DNA from: Candidatus Thorarchaeota archaeon | GTDB taxonomy: Archaea; Asgardarchaeota; Thorarchaeia; Thorarchaeales; Thorarchaeaceae | Length of the DNA stretch: 57,987 nt | Direction of reading: 5' to 3' | Assembly: GCA_046758445.1 (NCBI GenBank) | Contig: JBHIAE010000017.1 | Location: 1 to 57,987 of the forward strand | Shown: piece by piece, positions 1-10,823 of the stretch | Position numbering within the stretch: position 1 is the first letter of the stretch | Layout: each line of letters starts with the position of its first letter | Notes under the pieces: model-generated | Databases searched by the model: none | The model's input: the letters and a program-made list of their open reading frames with translations, nothing else | What the model was told of the DNA's origin: nothing | Made by a program: the position numbers and the translations under genes

Positions 1-1054
1 CGTTAGCAAAGTACATTGTATAGTATTGACCAGGAACAACAACCAGATCCACCTGTGAATCCATGTCGAAGTATCCCGTTTTCACAAAAGCAGGACCATG
101 GTACTTTGTATTCCTAATCTCAAATCTCAGCGTTAGATTGGCGTTTAATACAGTCAGAATGCTCTCCGATGCAATATCATCCACCATGGCTACTGCAACG
201 TTGTCAAGGTCGTTCTCATATTCGAATGAAATCATGTCTGAGGCCCATACTCCTGCGAGCGACGCCACGTGGTCAATGACTGTGCCATTGCCATACATGG
301 TGTCAACATTCGCTATTGGCATCCCCGTGCCACCTGTGATGTACAGCACACCAACCTCTTCACCTGCCTTTGTTGAGAAATTGCCAACAACAGCCTTTAC
401 CAGTGTTGCATTCACAGGTACGACGAACCCACCGATTATTGCGTCACCATTGAGGTCCTTCATCACCACCCGGTTCAGATTGTAAACACCAACATCAATC
501 AAGACGTCGCCATTGAAGTCCCCAACAATGATTCCTCTGGGATTTGGCACAGGATCGTAGTTGTACTCGGTCGCTGAGCCAGTGTCAAAATCAACAACAA
601 CTAGGTTCATGTTTGTCAAGTTGGACTTCATGAACAAGAACTCGGTGTGCCCGTCCGTATCTATATCTGCGCCAATTAGCGTGTTGAGGACTGGGTCGCC
701 GATTCCTATATTCACTGAGGCATCAACTAAGTTCACTGGGTCTTTGAAGCGAAGCGTATCATTGAAGATCCAAGCCACTCCCCGACCATGAGTTGTGTTC
801 CCAGCAGCTACAGAATGGACGTAGTAGGGTAGGTTTACTCTAATCAAATTCGTTGCGGGTGCTGATGGCCCATCTACTAGACTGATCCGTTCAGTCTGGG
901 GCTGAAGCAAGCCAGGTGTGGAGAACAAAGGAATAAGTAGAAAGATCACTACCACAAGTGGCAATCCTATCCTAAGCAACTCTCTTTGACCTCTAGAGCA
1001 CGCGCGTGCAATGGGTCTGCGACCGGTAGGGACCAAATCAGTGGCCATTTTCAT
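1..1054 (-). CDS. Membrane-anchored or secreted FG-GAP/VCBS-repeat beta-propeller-like protein (runs off window start; not in ORF track)
   Basis: Open minus frame from ATG 1054/1048 (MKMATDLVP...), TM segment IGLPLVVVIFLLIPLF, then repeats GADIDTDGHTEF, VGDFNGDVLIDV, DLNGD, GYFDMDSQVDLV; many N-x-S/T sequons. Confidence 0.75.
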   Translation of the reverse strand, partial: MKMATDLVPTGRRPIARACSRGQRELLRIGLPLVVVIFLLIPLFSTPGLLQPQTERISLVDGPSAPATNLIRVNLPYYVHSVAAGNTTHGRGVAWIFNDTLRFKDPVNLVDASVNIGIGDPVLNTLIGADIDTDGHTEFLFMKSNLTNMNLVVVDFDTGSATEYNYDPVPNPRGIIVGDFNGDVLIDVGVYNLNRVVMKDLNGDAIIGGFVVPVNATLVKAVVGNFSTKAGEEVGVLYITGGTGMPIANVDTMYGNGTVIDHVASLAGVWASDMISFEYENDLDNVAVAMVDDIASESILTVLNANLTLRFEIRNTKYHGPAFVKTGYFDMDSQVDLVVVPGQYYTMYFAN

Positions 1055-1291
1055 CACGTCGAGTAGATGCACGATACCTTGGGGTTAGATATCCATTAGA
1101 TTATGACCCAAGATACGGAGCCTCAGTTACGAATTGATACTTCTGAGTTAATTTTAGACTTTGTAGCACATAACTCAACGAAAATTCGAGAGGTCTGTCC
1201 ACTTTTCCACATGGTTCCCTGACAATGGGAGGGTGTCGGAATGTTGAGCTAACACATGATTAATCTATGAAAACAACAGGGGTGAATCAGA

Positions 1292-1432
1292 ATGAGCTGC
1301 GAAACTTGTGGCACAATTGAACGCTATGGAAGGAGAGTCAAGACAGGCCGTCGGCTATGTATCGACTGCTGGAAACTTAGCAATCAAAAGAAGGCGAAGA
1401 AGAGCTCCAAAAAGCCATCAAGTGACAAGTAG
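1292..1432 (+). CDS. 46-aa CxxC..CxxC zinc-finger microprotein with Lys-rich tail
   Basis: MSCETCGTIERYGRRVKTGRRLCIDCWKLSNQKKAKKSSKKPSSDK*; GGGGTGA SD-like motif upstream; below ORF-track cutoff. Confidence 0.65.
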   Translation: MSCETCGTIERYGRRVKTGRRLCIDCWKLSNQKKAKKSSKKPSSDK

Positions 1433-1474
1433 GCATTCTGTACGATTAGCTTCCTACCGTAGGGCCGATTCAAA

Positions 1475-2296
1475 ATGAGTCAGGGGAACAATCAGAACTC
1501 AATGATTGAGAAGCGAGTCGTGTATCGAGTTCCCAACATGGACCAAGTTGTGGTCCGACAAGATGTGGAATACAAAGGCGTCAGTGGCAGCATACAAAGG
1601 ATGGACATCTATTATCCTCCTGGCCTAGATGAAACCTCCCGATCACCAGCCGTCATCTTTGTGCTTGGGTACAGAGACTCTACGATGCTGAAGATGCTTG
1701 GTTCCAAACTGAAGGATATTGGACAGTATGTTTCTTGGGGAGAGTTGCTAGCTGCATCAGGAATTGTGGGAATTGCTTACGAAACTACAGAACCGCATTC
1801 GGACGTCCAAGAGCTCATAGAGCACATCCGCAAGAACGCGACGTCTCTGCGAATAGATCCTGACAGACTTGGTCTGTGGTCATGCTCTGGAAATGTCCCT
1901 ACGGCTCTGTCCGTTCTGATGGATGAGTCCAGGGATTATCTTCGATGTGCAGTTCTCTATTATGGATTCATGCTTGATTGGGGCGATTCCCGCAGAGTAT
2001 CTGAGAATGCTGAGAGAATCGGCTTCGAATATCCTTGTGAAACCAGAACAGTTGAAGACCTCACCATGAACATACCGCTTCTAGTCGTGAAAGCGGGGTT
2101 AGACAAGACTCCTGACTTAAACGAGTCAATTGAACAGTTCCTGATTGAAGCGAAGCGACTCAAGGTTCCAATTGACTTTGTGGAATACGAAGACGGACAA
2201 CATGCATTTGACATCTTAGAGGACACGGAAACCTCTCGAAGCATAATCAAGCACACTATCTCCTTCATGAAAGGCCATCTTTCTTCGTCAGAATAG
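1475..2296 (+). CDS. Alpha/beta hydrolase (esterase/BD-FAE-like)
   Basis: MDIYYP..PAVIFV, IDPDRLGLWSCSGN nucleophile elbow, acid near AGLD, catalytic His in GQHAFD. Confidence 0.8.
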   Translation: MSQGNNQNSMIEKRVVYRVPNMDQVVVRQDVEYKGVSGSIQRMDIYYPPGLDETSRSPAVIFVLGYRDSTMLKMLGSKLKDIGQYVSWGELLAASGIVGIAYETTEPHSDVQELIEHIRKNATSLRIDPDRLGLWSCSGNVPTALSVLMDESRDYLRCAVLYYGFMLDWGDSRRVSENAERIGFEYPCETRTVEDLTMNIPLLVVKAGLDKTPDLNESIEQFLIEAKRLKVPIDFVEYEDGQHAFDILEDTETSRSIIKHTISFMKGHLSSSE

Positions 2297-2374
2297 TGGA
2301 TAGAGGCCTGGTCTGTTAGTCAAAGATAAAAGGAACATAGTTTCTGTCCCGCCAGACGTCACCATCGAGAACGG

Positions 2375-3298
2375 GTGCATTCATTGACAGAGTCAGAGGT
2401 CGAAGATAAACGCATAACCCTCGCCAAGGCGGCCAAGATGGTTCCAAACGGGGCCACGATTGCATGGGGGGGCTTTGGATTCCAACGTGCTCCAATCGCC
2501 TTCTCACATGAGCTGGTTAGACAGAGAAAGAAGGACCTGAGGATTACAACTTGTGGCTCTGAGGTCGACATCGAAATCATGGCCGGTGCAGGTGTGGCAT
2601 CGCGGTTTGAAATAGCGTTCGCTGCAATAGAGGCCCTAGGTCTCTCACACGTCATGCGTAGACGTGTTACAGAAAGATCGGTAGAAGTCGAAGACTACAC
2701 AAACCTTGCTATGGCAATGCGCTTCTTAGGGGGGGCACTCAATGTTCCTTTCATGCCGCTCCGTAGTATGATGGGAACCGACATGGCTCGCCTCTCAAGG
2801 TACAGAGGAAATCAGAAACTGAAGGTTATCGACTGTCCGTTTACGGGAGAGAAGATATGCCTTGTACCGGCACTCAAGCCAGACTTCAGTATAGTCCACG
2901 TCCAGAGAGTCGACAAGACAGGAAATGCCCAGATTGACGGCATTGTCGGTGAAGATATCGAACTCTCACGTTGCGGGAACAAGCTGATTGTCCTTGCGGA
3001 AGAGCTGATCGACGAAGAGGAGATCCGATTCAGACCTGATCAGACGAAGATCCCCGCAATGTATGTCGACCATGTAGTTGTACTTCCGTACATAGCGCAT
3101 CCGATGATGTGCCACGGTTATTATGACTACGACCTTGAGCACCTGATGATGTTTCACAAGATGACGAATACTGAAGACGGATGGAATCAGTACTTGAATG
3201 AATACATCCTCGGAGTTGACAACCACCACGAATATCTCAATGTGATTGGATGGGGGAGGTTGGACAGCCTTCGAGCGAAGAAGCCATGGGGGTATTGA
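2375..3298 (+). CDS. Family I CoA-transferase subunit A (glutaconate CoA-transferase GctA-like)
   Basis: IAWGGFG..RAPIA, GALNVPFMPLRSMMGTD, CPFTGEK, HVQRVDKTGNAQ. Confidence 0.88.
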   Translation: MHSLTESEVEDKRITLAKAAKMVPNGATIAWGGFGFQRAPIAFSHELVRQRKKDLRITTCGSEVDIEIMAGAGVASRFEIAFAAIEALGLSHVMRRRVTERSVEVEDYTNLAMAMRFLGGALNVPFMPLRSMMGTDMARLSRYRGNQKLKVIDCPFTGEKICLVPALKPDFSIVHVQRVDKTGNAQIDGIVGEDIELSRCGNKLIVLAEELIDEEEIRFRPDQTKIPAMYVDHVVVLPYIAHPMMCHGYYDYDLEHLMMFHKMTNTEDGWNQYLNEYILGVDNHHEYLNVIGWGRLDSLRAKKPWGY

Positions 3299-3299
3299 G

Positions 3300-4070
3300 A
3301 TGGTTGAGTACACAAAGATTGAGTTTCTTGTTGCATGCGCCTCAAGTCATGTCCGGGACGGAGAGAATGTCTTTGGCGGGACTGGAATGCCCCTACTGGC
3401 GGCGCTCCTGGCCAAAGAAACACACGCTCCAAAGGCGAATCTAATCTCAGAGGCCGGCTTCATCGATGCACGTCCTAGGCATGTCCCTCTGTCTGTAGCT
3501 GATTCCAGATACTACTTTGGCTGCTCTGCTGCGATTGGTCTAATCGAAACCCTTGGTTTCATCCTGCAGGCAGGAAAGATTGATGTTGGTTTCCTCGGTG
3601 CTGCCCAGATAGACGAGTACGGCAACCTCAACACGAGCTACATCGGTCCTTATGACAGGCCCAAGGTGAAGCTACCAGGCAGCGGCGGCGGAAACGACAT
3701 TGCATCCTCTGCGAAGCGGCTCATCATTATGATGACGCACGACAAACGTAAGTTTGTCAAGAAGCTCGACTACATGACGTCACCTGGCCATCTTGAGGGG
3801 CCCGGGTCTCGTGAGAAGTGGTCGTTGGTTGGCGGTGGCCCCGATGTTGTGATAACAGACATGTGCCAGATGGATTTCGACCCCGATACCTTGAAGATTC
3901 GCCTGAGGTCAGTGCACCCAGGCTATGAGGTTCAGGATGTCCTTGACAACATAATGTTCGATATGATTGTCCCGGATGATGTACCCACCACTAGCGAACC
4001 AACAAGTGAACAGATTGAAATCATGCACAGTCTTGACCCCAAGGGCATTTACCTTGGTAAGGGTGACTAG
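3300..4070 (+). CDS. Family I CoA-transferase subunit B (GctB-like)
   Basis: Start re-called to ATG 3300 (MVEYT); catalytic Glu in ISEAG; GFLGAAQIDEYGNLNTS; LPGSGGGNDIAS. Confidence 0.88.
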   Translation: MVEYTKIEFLVACASSHVRDGENVFGGTGMPLLAALLAKETHAPKANLISEAGFIDARPRHVPLSVADSRYYFGCSAAIGLIETLGFILQAGKIDVGFLGAAQIDEYGNLNTSYIGPYDRPKVKLPGSGGGNDIASSAKRLIIMMTHDKRKFVKKLDYMTSPGHLEGPGSREKWSLVGGGPDVVITDMCQMDFDPDTLKIRLRSVHPGYEVQDVLDNIMFDMIVPDDVPTTSEPTSEQIEIMHSLDPKGIYLGKGD

Positions 4071-4091
4071 ACATCCGGAGTCTGAGTTGTT

Positions 4092-4832
4092 GTGAAGGGA
4101 TTCAGTTTCGACAGTTTTGAGGCCATCATCTTTGACCTGGATTCAACACTCACAGACACCAACGCGTACCCCATAAGGGCGAGCGAGTGGCTTCTATCGC
4201 AGTTCTTGCCAAATCCTTCTGAGATGCTGAGCGACTACATCATGGAACTCGTTCGTAACTACCGCGCAGAGTTGAAGGAGATAGTGCAGGGTGCACCCTA
4301 CAAGACACCCTACAATGTTGTCAAGGATGCAATGAGGACAACTGTTGAAGTCCTTGAGTTTCCTGTTAGCGAAGACTTGATAGAGAGGGCGACACAGCAT
4401 TTCAAGCAGCTTCACATCGACATGTCAGATATGATGCCTGGGGCAGAAGAGCTCGTATCAACTCTACATGCGAGCGGAATTAGGATGGGTGTTGTGACCA
4501 ATTCGTTCGAGGGTCACGCCGACATCATTCTTGAGGATCTTGGAGTGGCGAAGTACTTCATCTCGACAGTTGACGGCAGTGATGTGGAGGCCTACAAACC
4601 GATGAAACAGCCGTTCGAATGCTCGCTTGAGAGGCTCGGTTCGACTGCCGAAGATACCTTGATGATAGGGGATGAGTTCCTTGCCGACATTGTCGGTGCC
4701 TTTTCAGTAGGGTTGACGACAGTCTGGGTGAACCTGAGAGAGCGAAACTTGGATGTCCTGATGACAAAACACGGTGGGATTTCTCCTGACCTAGTGGTCG
4801 ATTCCCTTGAGGAGCTCATGAGCTTTGTTTGA
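4092..4832 (+). CDS. HAD-superfamily hydrolase (phosphoglycolate phosphatase-like)
   Basis: FDLDSTL motif I, VVTN motif II, KP motif III, IGDEFLADI motif IV. Confidence 0.9.
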   Translation: MKGFSFDSFEAIIFDLDSTLTDTNAYPIRASEWLLSQFLPNPSEMLSDYIMELVRNYRAELKEIVQGAPYKTPYNVVKDAMRTTVEVLEFPVSEDLIERATQHFKQLHIDMSDMMPGAEELVSTLHASGIRMGVVTNSFEGHADIILEDLGVAKYFISTVDGSDVEAYKPMKQPFECSLERLGSTAEDTLMIGDEFLADIVGAFSVGLTTVWVNLRERNLDVLMTKHGGISPDLVVDSLEELMSFV

Positions 4833-4883
4833 GACCCAGACGAGCAACATCTATATTCTAGAATCTTTTCCCAAATCAAAGAC

Positions 4884-5351
4884 TTGAGAGGAGTCACGAT
4901 AGCCTTGACCAGGGATGAAGAAGACGGCCCAATGAGGGCTCGTGCAGATCTTCTCGATATTATTCGAAGGGACCCAGACATAACAGAGATAGTCGTGACC
5001 ATAGTTGAGCATGAACTGAAAGATATCAGGGACAAAGAAGTAGTGGCTAGGATCTCAAACACTCTGACTGATGCGGCCACTAGCTCCGGCGTGGGAGCTG
5101 AGGTCAAGGACAATGTGCTTCATTGGTTGACAGAAACCGCTCCCGACGTTCGACAGATGATACTTGTCAGGACAATTGAAGACCTACTGGAAACCCCAGA
5201 ATGTCGAGATGCCACCCTCGAGGCATTAGCTAGACTCTCATCAAAGGACAACGTCGACATGGTCTTCGCTTGGGTGGACAGCAACGTCCTGACTTTGAAT
5301 CAAGCAGTGTTTGTTTTGATCTATCCTGATTCTTCAGACGCTCTCAAGTAG
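4884..5351 (+). CDS. Hypothetical all-helical acidic protein
   Basis: Clean ORF, co-oriented with neighbours, protein-like composition; no motif recognised. Confidence 0.6.
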   Translation: MRGVTIALTRDEEDGPMRARADLLDIIRRDPDITEIVVTIVEHELKDIRDKEVVARISNTLTDAATSSGVGAEVKDNVLHWLTETAPDVRQMILVRTIEDLLETPECRDATLEALARLSSKDNVDMVFAWVDSNVLTLNQAVFVLIYPDSSDALK

Positions 5352-5392
5352 ACATCTGGTTCTGATTTGGTGTATCCGGTTCGTGAGAAATC

Positions 5393-5407
5393 GAAAGCCT
5401 TTATATC
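5393..5407 (+). promoter_or_regulatory. Putative archaeal BRE/TATA promoter of the mutase operon
   Basis: GAAAGCCTTTATATC about 50 nt upstream of the TTG start at 5453. Confidence 0.45.
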
Positions 5408-5452
5408 GTGACGCTAGTCTTCACGATGTCCAACCAAGAAAGAGGTGGGCTC

Positions 5453-5854
5453 TTGACTTCAGCGACTAAGATTCGTGTCCTAGTGGCAAAGCCGGGACTT
5501 GATGGACATGACCGTGGTGTGAAGGTCGTCGCTCGAGCACTTCGCGATGCCGGAATGGAAGTCATATACACTGGACTTCGCCAGACTCCTGAGATGATAG
5601 TCAGAGCAGCCATTGATGAAGCTGTGGACTGCATCGGACTTAGCATCCTTAGCGGTGCTCATATGGCTCTATTTCCAAAGGTCATGGAACTCCTCAAGAA
5701 AGAGGGTGCTGATGACTTACTTGTCGTCGGAGGAGGCATCATCCCTGAGGATGACGTACCTGAGCTGAAGAAAGCCGGGATTGCGGAGATCTTCGGACCC
5801 GGAACCCCTCTTGATGAGATCGTGGAATACATCAAGGCCAATGTCAAGGCATAG
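5453..5854 (+). CDS. Methylmalonyl-CoA mutase small (cobalamin-binding) subunit
   Basis: [11 protein letters not shown] (DxHxxG) and SILSGAH B12 motifs; GAGGTG SD before TTG 5453. Confidence 0.95.
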   Translation: MTSATKIRVLVAKPGLDGHDRGVKVVARALRDAGMEVIYTGLRQTPEMIVRAAIDEAVDCIGLSILSGAHMALFPKVMELLKKEGADDLLVVGGGIIPEDDVPELKKAGIAEIFGPGTPLDEIVEYIKANVKA

Positions 5855-5876
5855 CCTGGATGCTGTGAGGACGGGC

Positions 5877-6839
5877 TTGTTGTCGGAAACTGAACTGGTC
5901 GAAGGTGTACTCGGTGGTAAGAGACGCGCTCTTGCACGACTAATCACACTGATCGAAGATGAGGATCCTGTAGCGGTCAAGGCATTGGCAAAGTTATACC
6001 GACACACCGGGAAGGCCCACATCGTAGGAATTACCGGTCCGCCAGGGTCCGGGAAGAGCACAATCATCACAAAGATGATCTCTAAGCTTAGAGAGAAAGG
6101 TCAGACCATTGGGATAGTCTGCGTTGACCCATCGAGTCCTTTCTCGGGAGGTGCTCTCCTTGGAGACAGAATCCGCATGCAGGAACATGCCCTTGATGAC
6201 GAGGTGTATGTGCGAAGTATGGGCACACGCGGTCATCTGGGTGGTTTAGCTAGAAGCACATCGGACACTGTCCGCGCAATAGATGCCTTTGGCAAGGATA
6301 TCATAATCGTCGAAACTGTGGGCGCCGGGCAGGCTGAAGTCGAGATCATCGAGATAGCACAGACCGTCGTTGTGACGGACGTACCAGGTAGCGGGGACGA
6401 CATTCAGACAATCAAGGCAGGAATAATGGAGATTGCGGACATCTTTGTCGTGAATAAGAGTGACCGACAAGGCGCAGACAAGAAGGTCAGAGAGATCTCT
6501 GCAATGCTCGAGTTGGACTTGCGGGAAAGGGAATGGAAACCTCCCATCATACTTACGAACGCTCGAACCGGTGAGGGGATACCTGAGCTAGTTGAGAAGA
6601 TTGGAGACCACATGAAGTTCCTCACGAAGAGCGGTTCTTTGAATCAGAAACACATTGCCAGAAGTCGTGAAGAGCTTGAGTCGCTAATGAAATACAAGCT
6701 GACTCGAAAACTGTTTGAGCAGCTTTGTGATGCGCCGGAGTATGCAGAGGCAATAACGAAGATTGCCGAGAGGAATGAAGACCCATACACTGTGGCTGAG
6801 CGGCTCATAGCTGAGTTCCTGGTCAAGGTCAGAGAGTAG
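5877..6839 (+). CDS. meaB: MeaB/ArgK GTPase chaperone of methylmalonyl-CoA mutase
   Basis: [42 protein letters not shown]; start re-called to about 5877. Confidence 0.95.
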   Translation: MLSETELVEGVLGGKRRALARLITLIEDEDPVAVKALAKLYRHTGKAHIVGITGPPGSGKSTIITKMISKLREKGQTIGIVCVDPSSPFSGGALLGDRIRMQEHALDDEVYVRSMGTRGHLGGLARSTSDTVRAIDAFGKDIIIVETVGAGQAEVEIIEIAQTVVVTDVPGSGDDIQTIKAGIMEIADIFVVNKSDRQGADKKVREISAMLELDLREREWKPPIILTNARTGEGIPELVEKIGDHMKFLTKSGSLNQKHIARSREELESLMKYKLTRKLFEQLCDAPEYAEAITKIAERNEDPYTVAERLIAEFLVKVRE

Positions 6840-6849
6840 GTGTTCTATC

Positions 6850-8520
6850 ATGGGCGAGAAGGAAACACTTCTCCTTGCACTGAAACAGTGGAAGGATTCT
6901 GTTGTCAAGAAGGTCATTGGGAAGTTCCCTGAGAGACGAGAGAAGTTTGAAACTGTGTCGGGGATTCCTGTGAAGAGACTGTATACTCCAATGGATATAG
7001 AGTCTATTGAGTATCTGAAGGACCTCAATTTCCCTGGTGAGTACCCGTTCACTCGCGGAGTGCAACCTACTCTATATCGTGGTCGTTTCTGGACAATGCG
7101 CCAGTACAGTGGATTTGCAACAGCAAGAGAAACCAATGAACGGTTCCGCTTCCTTCTTGAACAAGGTCAAACTGGCCTATCCGTGGCATTTGACCTGCCC
7201 ACCCAGATTGGATATGATTCAGATCACAAATTGGCAAGAGGCGAGGTCGGGAAGGTGGGTGTCGCCATCGGCTCACTCGCTGACATGGAGATACTATTCG
7301 AAGGAATACCCCTGGACAAGGTCAGCACGTCAATGACCATCAACTCTCCCGCCGCAGTGTTGCTGGCCATGTATATCGCTGTCGCAGAGAAGCAAGGTGT
7401 TCCCATGGGAAAGCTGCGCGGCACAATTCAGAATGATATCCTGAAGGAGTATGCCGCTCGGGGAACCTACATCTTTCCTCCAAAGCAGTCAATGCGTCTA
7501 ATCACTGACACATTCAAGTTCTGTTCTGAGAATCTGCCGCTCTTCAACTCCATCAGCATCTCGGGCTACCATATTCGAGAGGCTGGGTCAACTGCGGTAC
7601 AAGAGGTGGCCTTCACACTTGCTGATGGTATAGCCTATGTAGATGCAGCAATCAAATCCGGTCTTGACGTTGACTCATTCGCTTCTCGTCTGTCTTTCTT
7701 CTTTGGGTCTGCCAGCGAATTCTTCGAGGAGGTCGCAAAGTTTCGAGCAGCAAGGAGAATGTGGGCGAAGATCATGAGAGAACGCTTTGGGGCCAAGGAC
7801 GATAAGTCATGCAGGATGAGATTCCATACTCAGACGGCCGGTTATACTCTCACTGCACAACAACCAGACAATAATGTGGTCCGAGTGGCACTCCAAGCAC
7901 TTCAGGCTGTTCTCGGAGGAACGCAATCACTACACACAAACTCACGCGATGAAGCTCTGTCACTCCCGACTCAGGAGTCAGCACAGATTGCACTGAGGAC
8001 ACAGCAGATAATCGCCCATGAATCTGGTGTTGGCGATACCGTTGACCCTCTAGCAGGGTCCTACTATGTTGAAGCCCTCACACGAGAGATTGAGAACAGG
8101 GCAAATGAGTACATTGAGAAGATAGATGCCATGGGCGGTGCAGCTGCAGCGATTGAGAAAGGGTTCATTCAGAAGGAGATTCACAACAGTGCCTATGCCT
8201 ATCAGAGAGATGTGGATCAAAAGAAGAGGATAGTTGTCGGCGTGAACGACTTCCTCGTAGAAGAAGAGCAACAGTTCGATTACCTTCGAGTTGATCCGAA
8301 AGTTGAGCAGGAGCAAACTGCCCGACTCAACAAAGTACGAAAGAAGCGAAACCTGGATGAAGTGAAATCCACTCTCGATGCCCTCAGAGCCGCAGCGGAG
8401 GGTGATGTGAATCTTATGCCCCTGATTCTGGATTCAGTCAGGGCCTATGCCACCCTAGGAGAGATCTGTGGGGTTCTTCGTGACGTTTTCGGAGAATACA
8501 AGGCACCAGACATCCTCTAG
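6850..8520 (+). CDS. Methylmalonyl-CoA mutase large (substrate-binding) subunit
   Basis: [18 protein letters not shown] (Tyr, MCM specificity), [13 protein letters not shown] (Arg), SGYHIREAG. Confidence 0.95.
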   Translation: MGEKETLLLALKQWKDSVVKKVIGKFPERREKFETVSGIPVKRLYTPMDIESIEYLKDLNFPGEYPFTRGVQPTLYRGRFWTMRQYSGFATARETNERFRFLLEQGQTGLSVAFDLPTQIGYDSDHKLARGEVGKVGVAIGSLADMEILFEGIPLDKVSTSMTINSPAAVLLAMYIAVAEKQGVPMGKLRGTIQNDILKEYAARGTYIFPPKQSMRLITDTFKFCSENLPLFNSISISGYHIREAGSTAVQEVAFTLADGIAYVDAAIKSGLDVDSFASRLSFFFGSASEFFEEVAKFRAARRMWAKIMRERFGAKDDKSCRMRFHTQTAGYTLTAQQPDNNVVRVALQALQAVLGGTQSLHTNSRDEALSLPTQESAQIALRTQQIIAHESGVGDTVDPLAGSYYVEALTREIENRANEYIEKIDAMGGAAAAIEKGFIQKEIHNSAYAYQRDVDQKKRIVVGVNDFLVEEEQQFDYLRVDPKVEQEQTARLNKVRKKRNLDEVKSTLDALRAAAEGDVNLMPLILDSVRAYATLGEICGVLRDVFGEYKAPDIL

Positions 8521-8531
8521 GAGATGAGAAG

Positions 8532-8939
8532 ATGACCGTAGAGAAGATTGACCACATAGGAATAGCAGTTGAGAGCATTGAGAACGTACTTCCCTATTAC
8601 CGGGATGCACTAGGGCTTGACTATGGTGGTCAAGAAGAGGTTCTTGAGCAGAAGGTCCGAGTGGTCTTTCTGAGCATCGGTGAGAGTCGCATTGAACTCC
8701 TAGAGCCCACCTCTGACGACAGTCACGTGGCCAAGTTTCTGTCAAAACGAGGCTCTGGTATTCACCATATTGCTGTGAGGGTTGACAACATCGTTGATGC
8801 CTTGCAGGCTCATGAGAAGAAAGGAGCATTATTGATTGACAGGGAACCTAGGATTGGAGCACACAACATGAGGATTGCATTTGTACATCCCCGCTCCGCA
8901 GGCGGGGTTCTGATTGAACTGTGTCAGAAGCCCGAATGA
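8532..8939 (+). CDS. mce: Methylmalonyl-CoA epimerase
   Basis: IDHIGIAV, IELLEP, GIHHIA, AFVHP..GGVLIEL; in mutase operon. Confidence 0.95.
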   Translation: MTVEKIDHIGIAVESIENVLPYYRDALGLDYGGQEEVLEQKVRVVFLSIGESRIELLEPTSDDSHVAKFLSKRGSGIHHIAVRVDNIVDALQAHEKKGALLIDREPRIGAHNMRIAFVHPRSAGGVLIELCQKPE

Positions 8940-8948
8940 ATTCCGCAG

Positions 8949-9995
8949 TTACTTCGCAAGAATCTCATTCAGCGTGTCTGCAAATCGCAACACACCTTCT
9001 TTGTCAATCATTCTGTGAAGTACTAATCTGGTTCGGGTTCCGAAGTGGGGGTCTCCCAACACAATGATGTTGTGCTTCCTGAGCTCATCAGAGAGCTCCA
9101 TCGAGTTGATCTTGAAATTGTCCAGCCTTATGAACAGGATGTTAGTTTCAGGTTCTTCCACTATCAGATTGGGAATCGCCGACAAGCGATCAAAAAGCAG
9201 TCTAGTATTGTCGTGATCTTCTTTCAGTCTTTCAACCATCTTCTCAAGCGCAATGATTCCAGGAGCGGCAATGATTCCTGCCTGTCGCATGCCTCCGCCA
9301 AGCTTCTTCCTAATCCTGTGCGCTTTGTATATGAAATCCTCAGTTCCGGCGACAATCGAACCAACCGGTGCAGAGAGTCCTTTACTAAGGCATATCATGA
9401 CGCTGTCTGCATTCTTGACCAAATCCTTTGCTCGAACGCCGAGGGCTATAGCTGCATTGAATAACCGAGCACCGTCACAGTGCAATCTCAACTCGTTTTC
9501 ATGAGCTACATCGGCTAGTGCATCAAACTGCTCTGGACGAATGATAGCGCCACCCGAAGCGTTGTGGGTGTTCTCAAGGACTACCATTGATGTCTTCGCA
9601 TAATGTGAATCATCAATGTTGATGGCCGAAATCAGGGTTTCTGGAGAGATGTATCCCCTCGTTCCCTTCACTGGTTTTGGGAAGAGACCTCCAATTGATG
9701 ACATGGCGCCAGCCTCGTACATAAACGAATGAGATTGTTCTTCAACTACGACCTCGTCACCACGATTCGTCTGTGACAGTAATGAAACTACATTGCCTTG
9801 TGTTCCAGAAGTGACCAGAAGAGCGGCTTCCTTCCCCAAAATCCTTGCAGCCTTGTCTTGAAGCTCGTGAACTACTTCGTCCTCATCGAAGACGTCATCA
9901 CCAAGTCGGTCTTCCCTGTGAACTCTTACGATTGCCTCAATCATCTCATCCGTTGGCTTTGTTACCGTATCACTGCGGAGGTCAATGGTCTTCAT
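8949..9995 (-). CDS. ltaE: Low-specificity L-threonine aldolase
   Basis: IDLRSDTVTKPT, SGTQGN, ENTHN, HCDGARLFNA, CLSKGLSAPVGS, GGGMRQAG. Confidence 0.95.
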   Translation of the reverse strand: MKTIDLRSDTVTKPTDEMIEAIVRVHREDRLGDDVFDEDEVVHELQDKAARILGKEAALLVTSGTQGNVVSLLSQTNRGDEVVVEEQSHSFMYEAGAMSSIGGLFPKPVKGTRGYISPETLISAINIDDSHYAKTSMVVLENTHNASGGAIIRPEQFDALADVAHENELRLHCDGARLFNAAIALGVRAKDLVKNADSVMICLSKGLSAPVGSIVAGTEDFIYKAHRIRKKLGGGMRQAGIIAAPGIIALEKMVERLKEDHDNTRLLFDRLSAIPNLIVEEPETNILFIRLDNFKINSMELSDELRKHNIIVLGDPHFGTRTRLVLHRMIDKEGVLRFADTLNEILAK

Positions 9996-10046
9996 GGCAT
10001 CTGTCTGTAGACTAAACGCCGTTTTATCCTTCCGGTGGATGCTCTT

Positions 10047-10724
10047 CTAGATAGGTGAGCTTTCCACAGGGACAGTGCATATTGGTCCCGTATTCGATGG
10101 TGAGTTGACGTAGGTGGAAACCTCATAGGCTTCCATCTCGAGCGAGGTATATGGATTGAATAGCCTTTTGAGGCTCTCTACATCTTGATTCTCTGGATCA
10201 ATCCAAACATTCTCATCCTTGCGGTCCAAGACCACCGGCATTCGGTTATGAATTGACTTGAGCAGTTCATTCGGAGAAATGGTCAGGATAGCGCAGCTTA
10301 GCAGTATCTTGCCCGTTGGCGCTTTCCAGCCACTGTAGATTCCTGCGAAAGCAAAGGGCTCTTTTGACTTGAGTCTAACATGCATAGGTCTCTTAACCTT
10401 CCCCACTTTCTGCCACTCATAGAAACCAGTTGCTGGAATCAGGCACCTCTTCTTAACAAATGAGTGTTTGAAAACTCTACTCTCCGCAACAGTTTCAGAT
10501 CGGGCATTGATCATCCGGTTCCCAATCTTCCGGTCCTTTGTCCAGAAAGGCACGAAGCCCCAACTCATACCGAGTAGATGCACCTCTGGGTCCATGATTA
10601 TGGTTGCTATCTTCTGACTCGGGGCAATGTTGTAGCGTGGGACTACATCGAAATCGAACTTTTTTACGCCGAATCTCTCCTCCACAGCTTTCTTGTGTAA
10701 GAGAAAGTTGAACCTGCCGCACAT
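10047..10724 (-). CDS. SRAP-domain abasic-site protection protein (YedK/HMCES family)
   Basis: True start MCGRF at 10724 (catalytic Cys2); INARSET, GFYEW (Glu), IHNRMP (His). Confidence 0.95.
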   Translation of the reverse strand: MCGRFNFLLHKKAVEERFGVKKFDFDVVPRYNIAPSQKIATIIMDPEVHLLGMSWGFVPFWTKDRKIGNRMINARSETVAESRVFKHSFVKKRCLIPATGFYEWQKVGKVKRPMHVRLKSKEPFAFAGIYSGWKAPTGKILLSCAILTISPNELLKSIHNRMPVVLDRKDENVWIDPENQDVESLKRLFNPYTSLEMEAYEVSTYVNSPSNTGPICTVPVESSPI

Positions 10725-10823
10725 CCTGCCATACAAGCTCTGAGAAGGTAAAAGGATTGAGTTTTGGTTGTGCTTTTCTATGAATTGAAGGGAATCAGCT
10801 GTATGGCTTTTCTTGAGAGCAAG

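Noticed and set aside
63-791. Plus-strand ORFs 63-485 and 561-791
   Set aside because: Antisense shadows of the minus-strand FG-GAP gene. The same applies to most short ORFs overlapping recognised genes throughout the track.
6850-8520. Isobutyryl- or 2-hydroxyisobutyryl-CoA mutase
   Set aside because: Tyr in RQYSGF and Arg in YAARGT are the methylmalonyl-CoA determinants, and the epimerase is adjacent.
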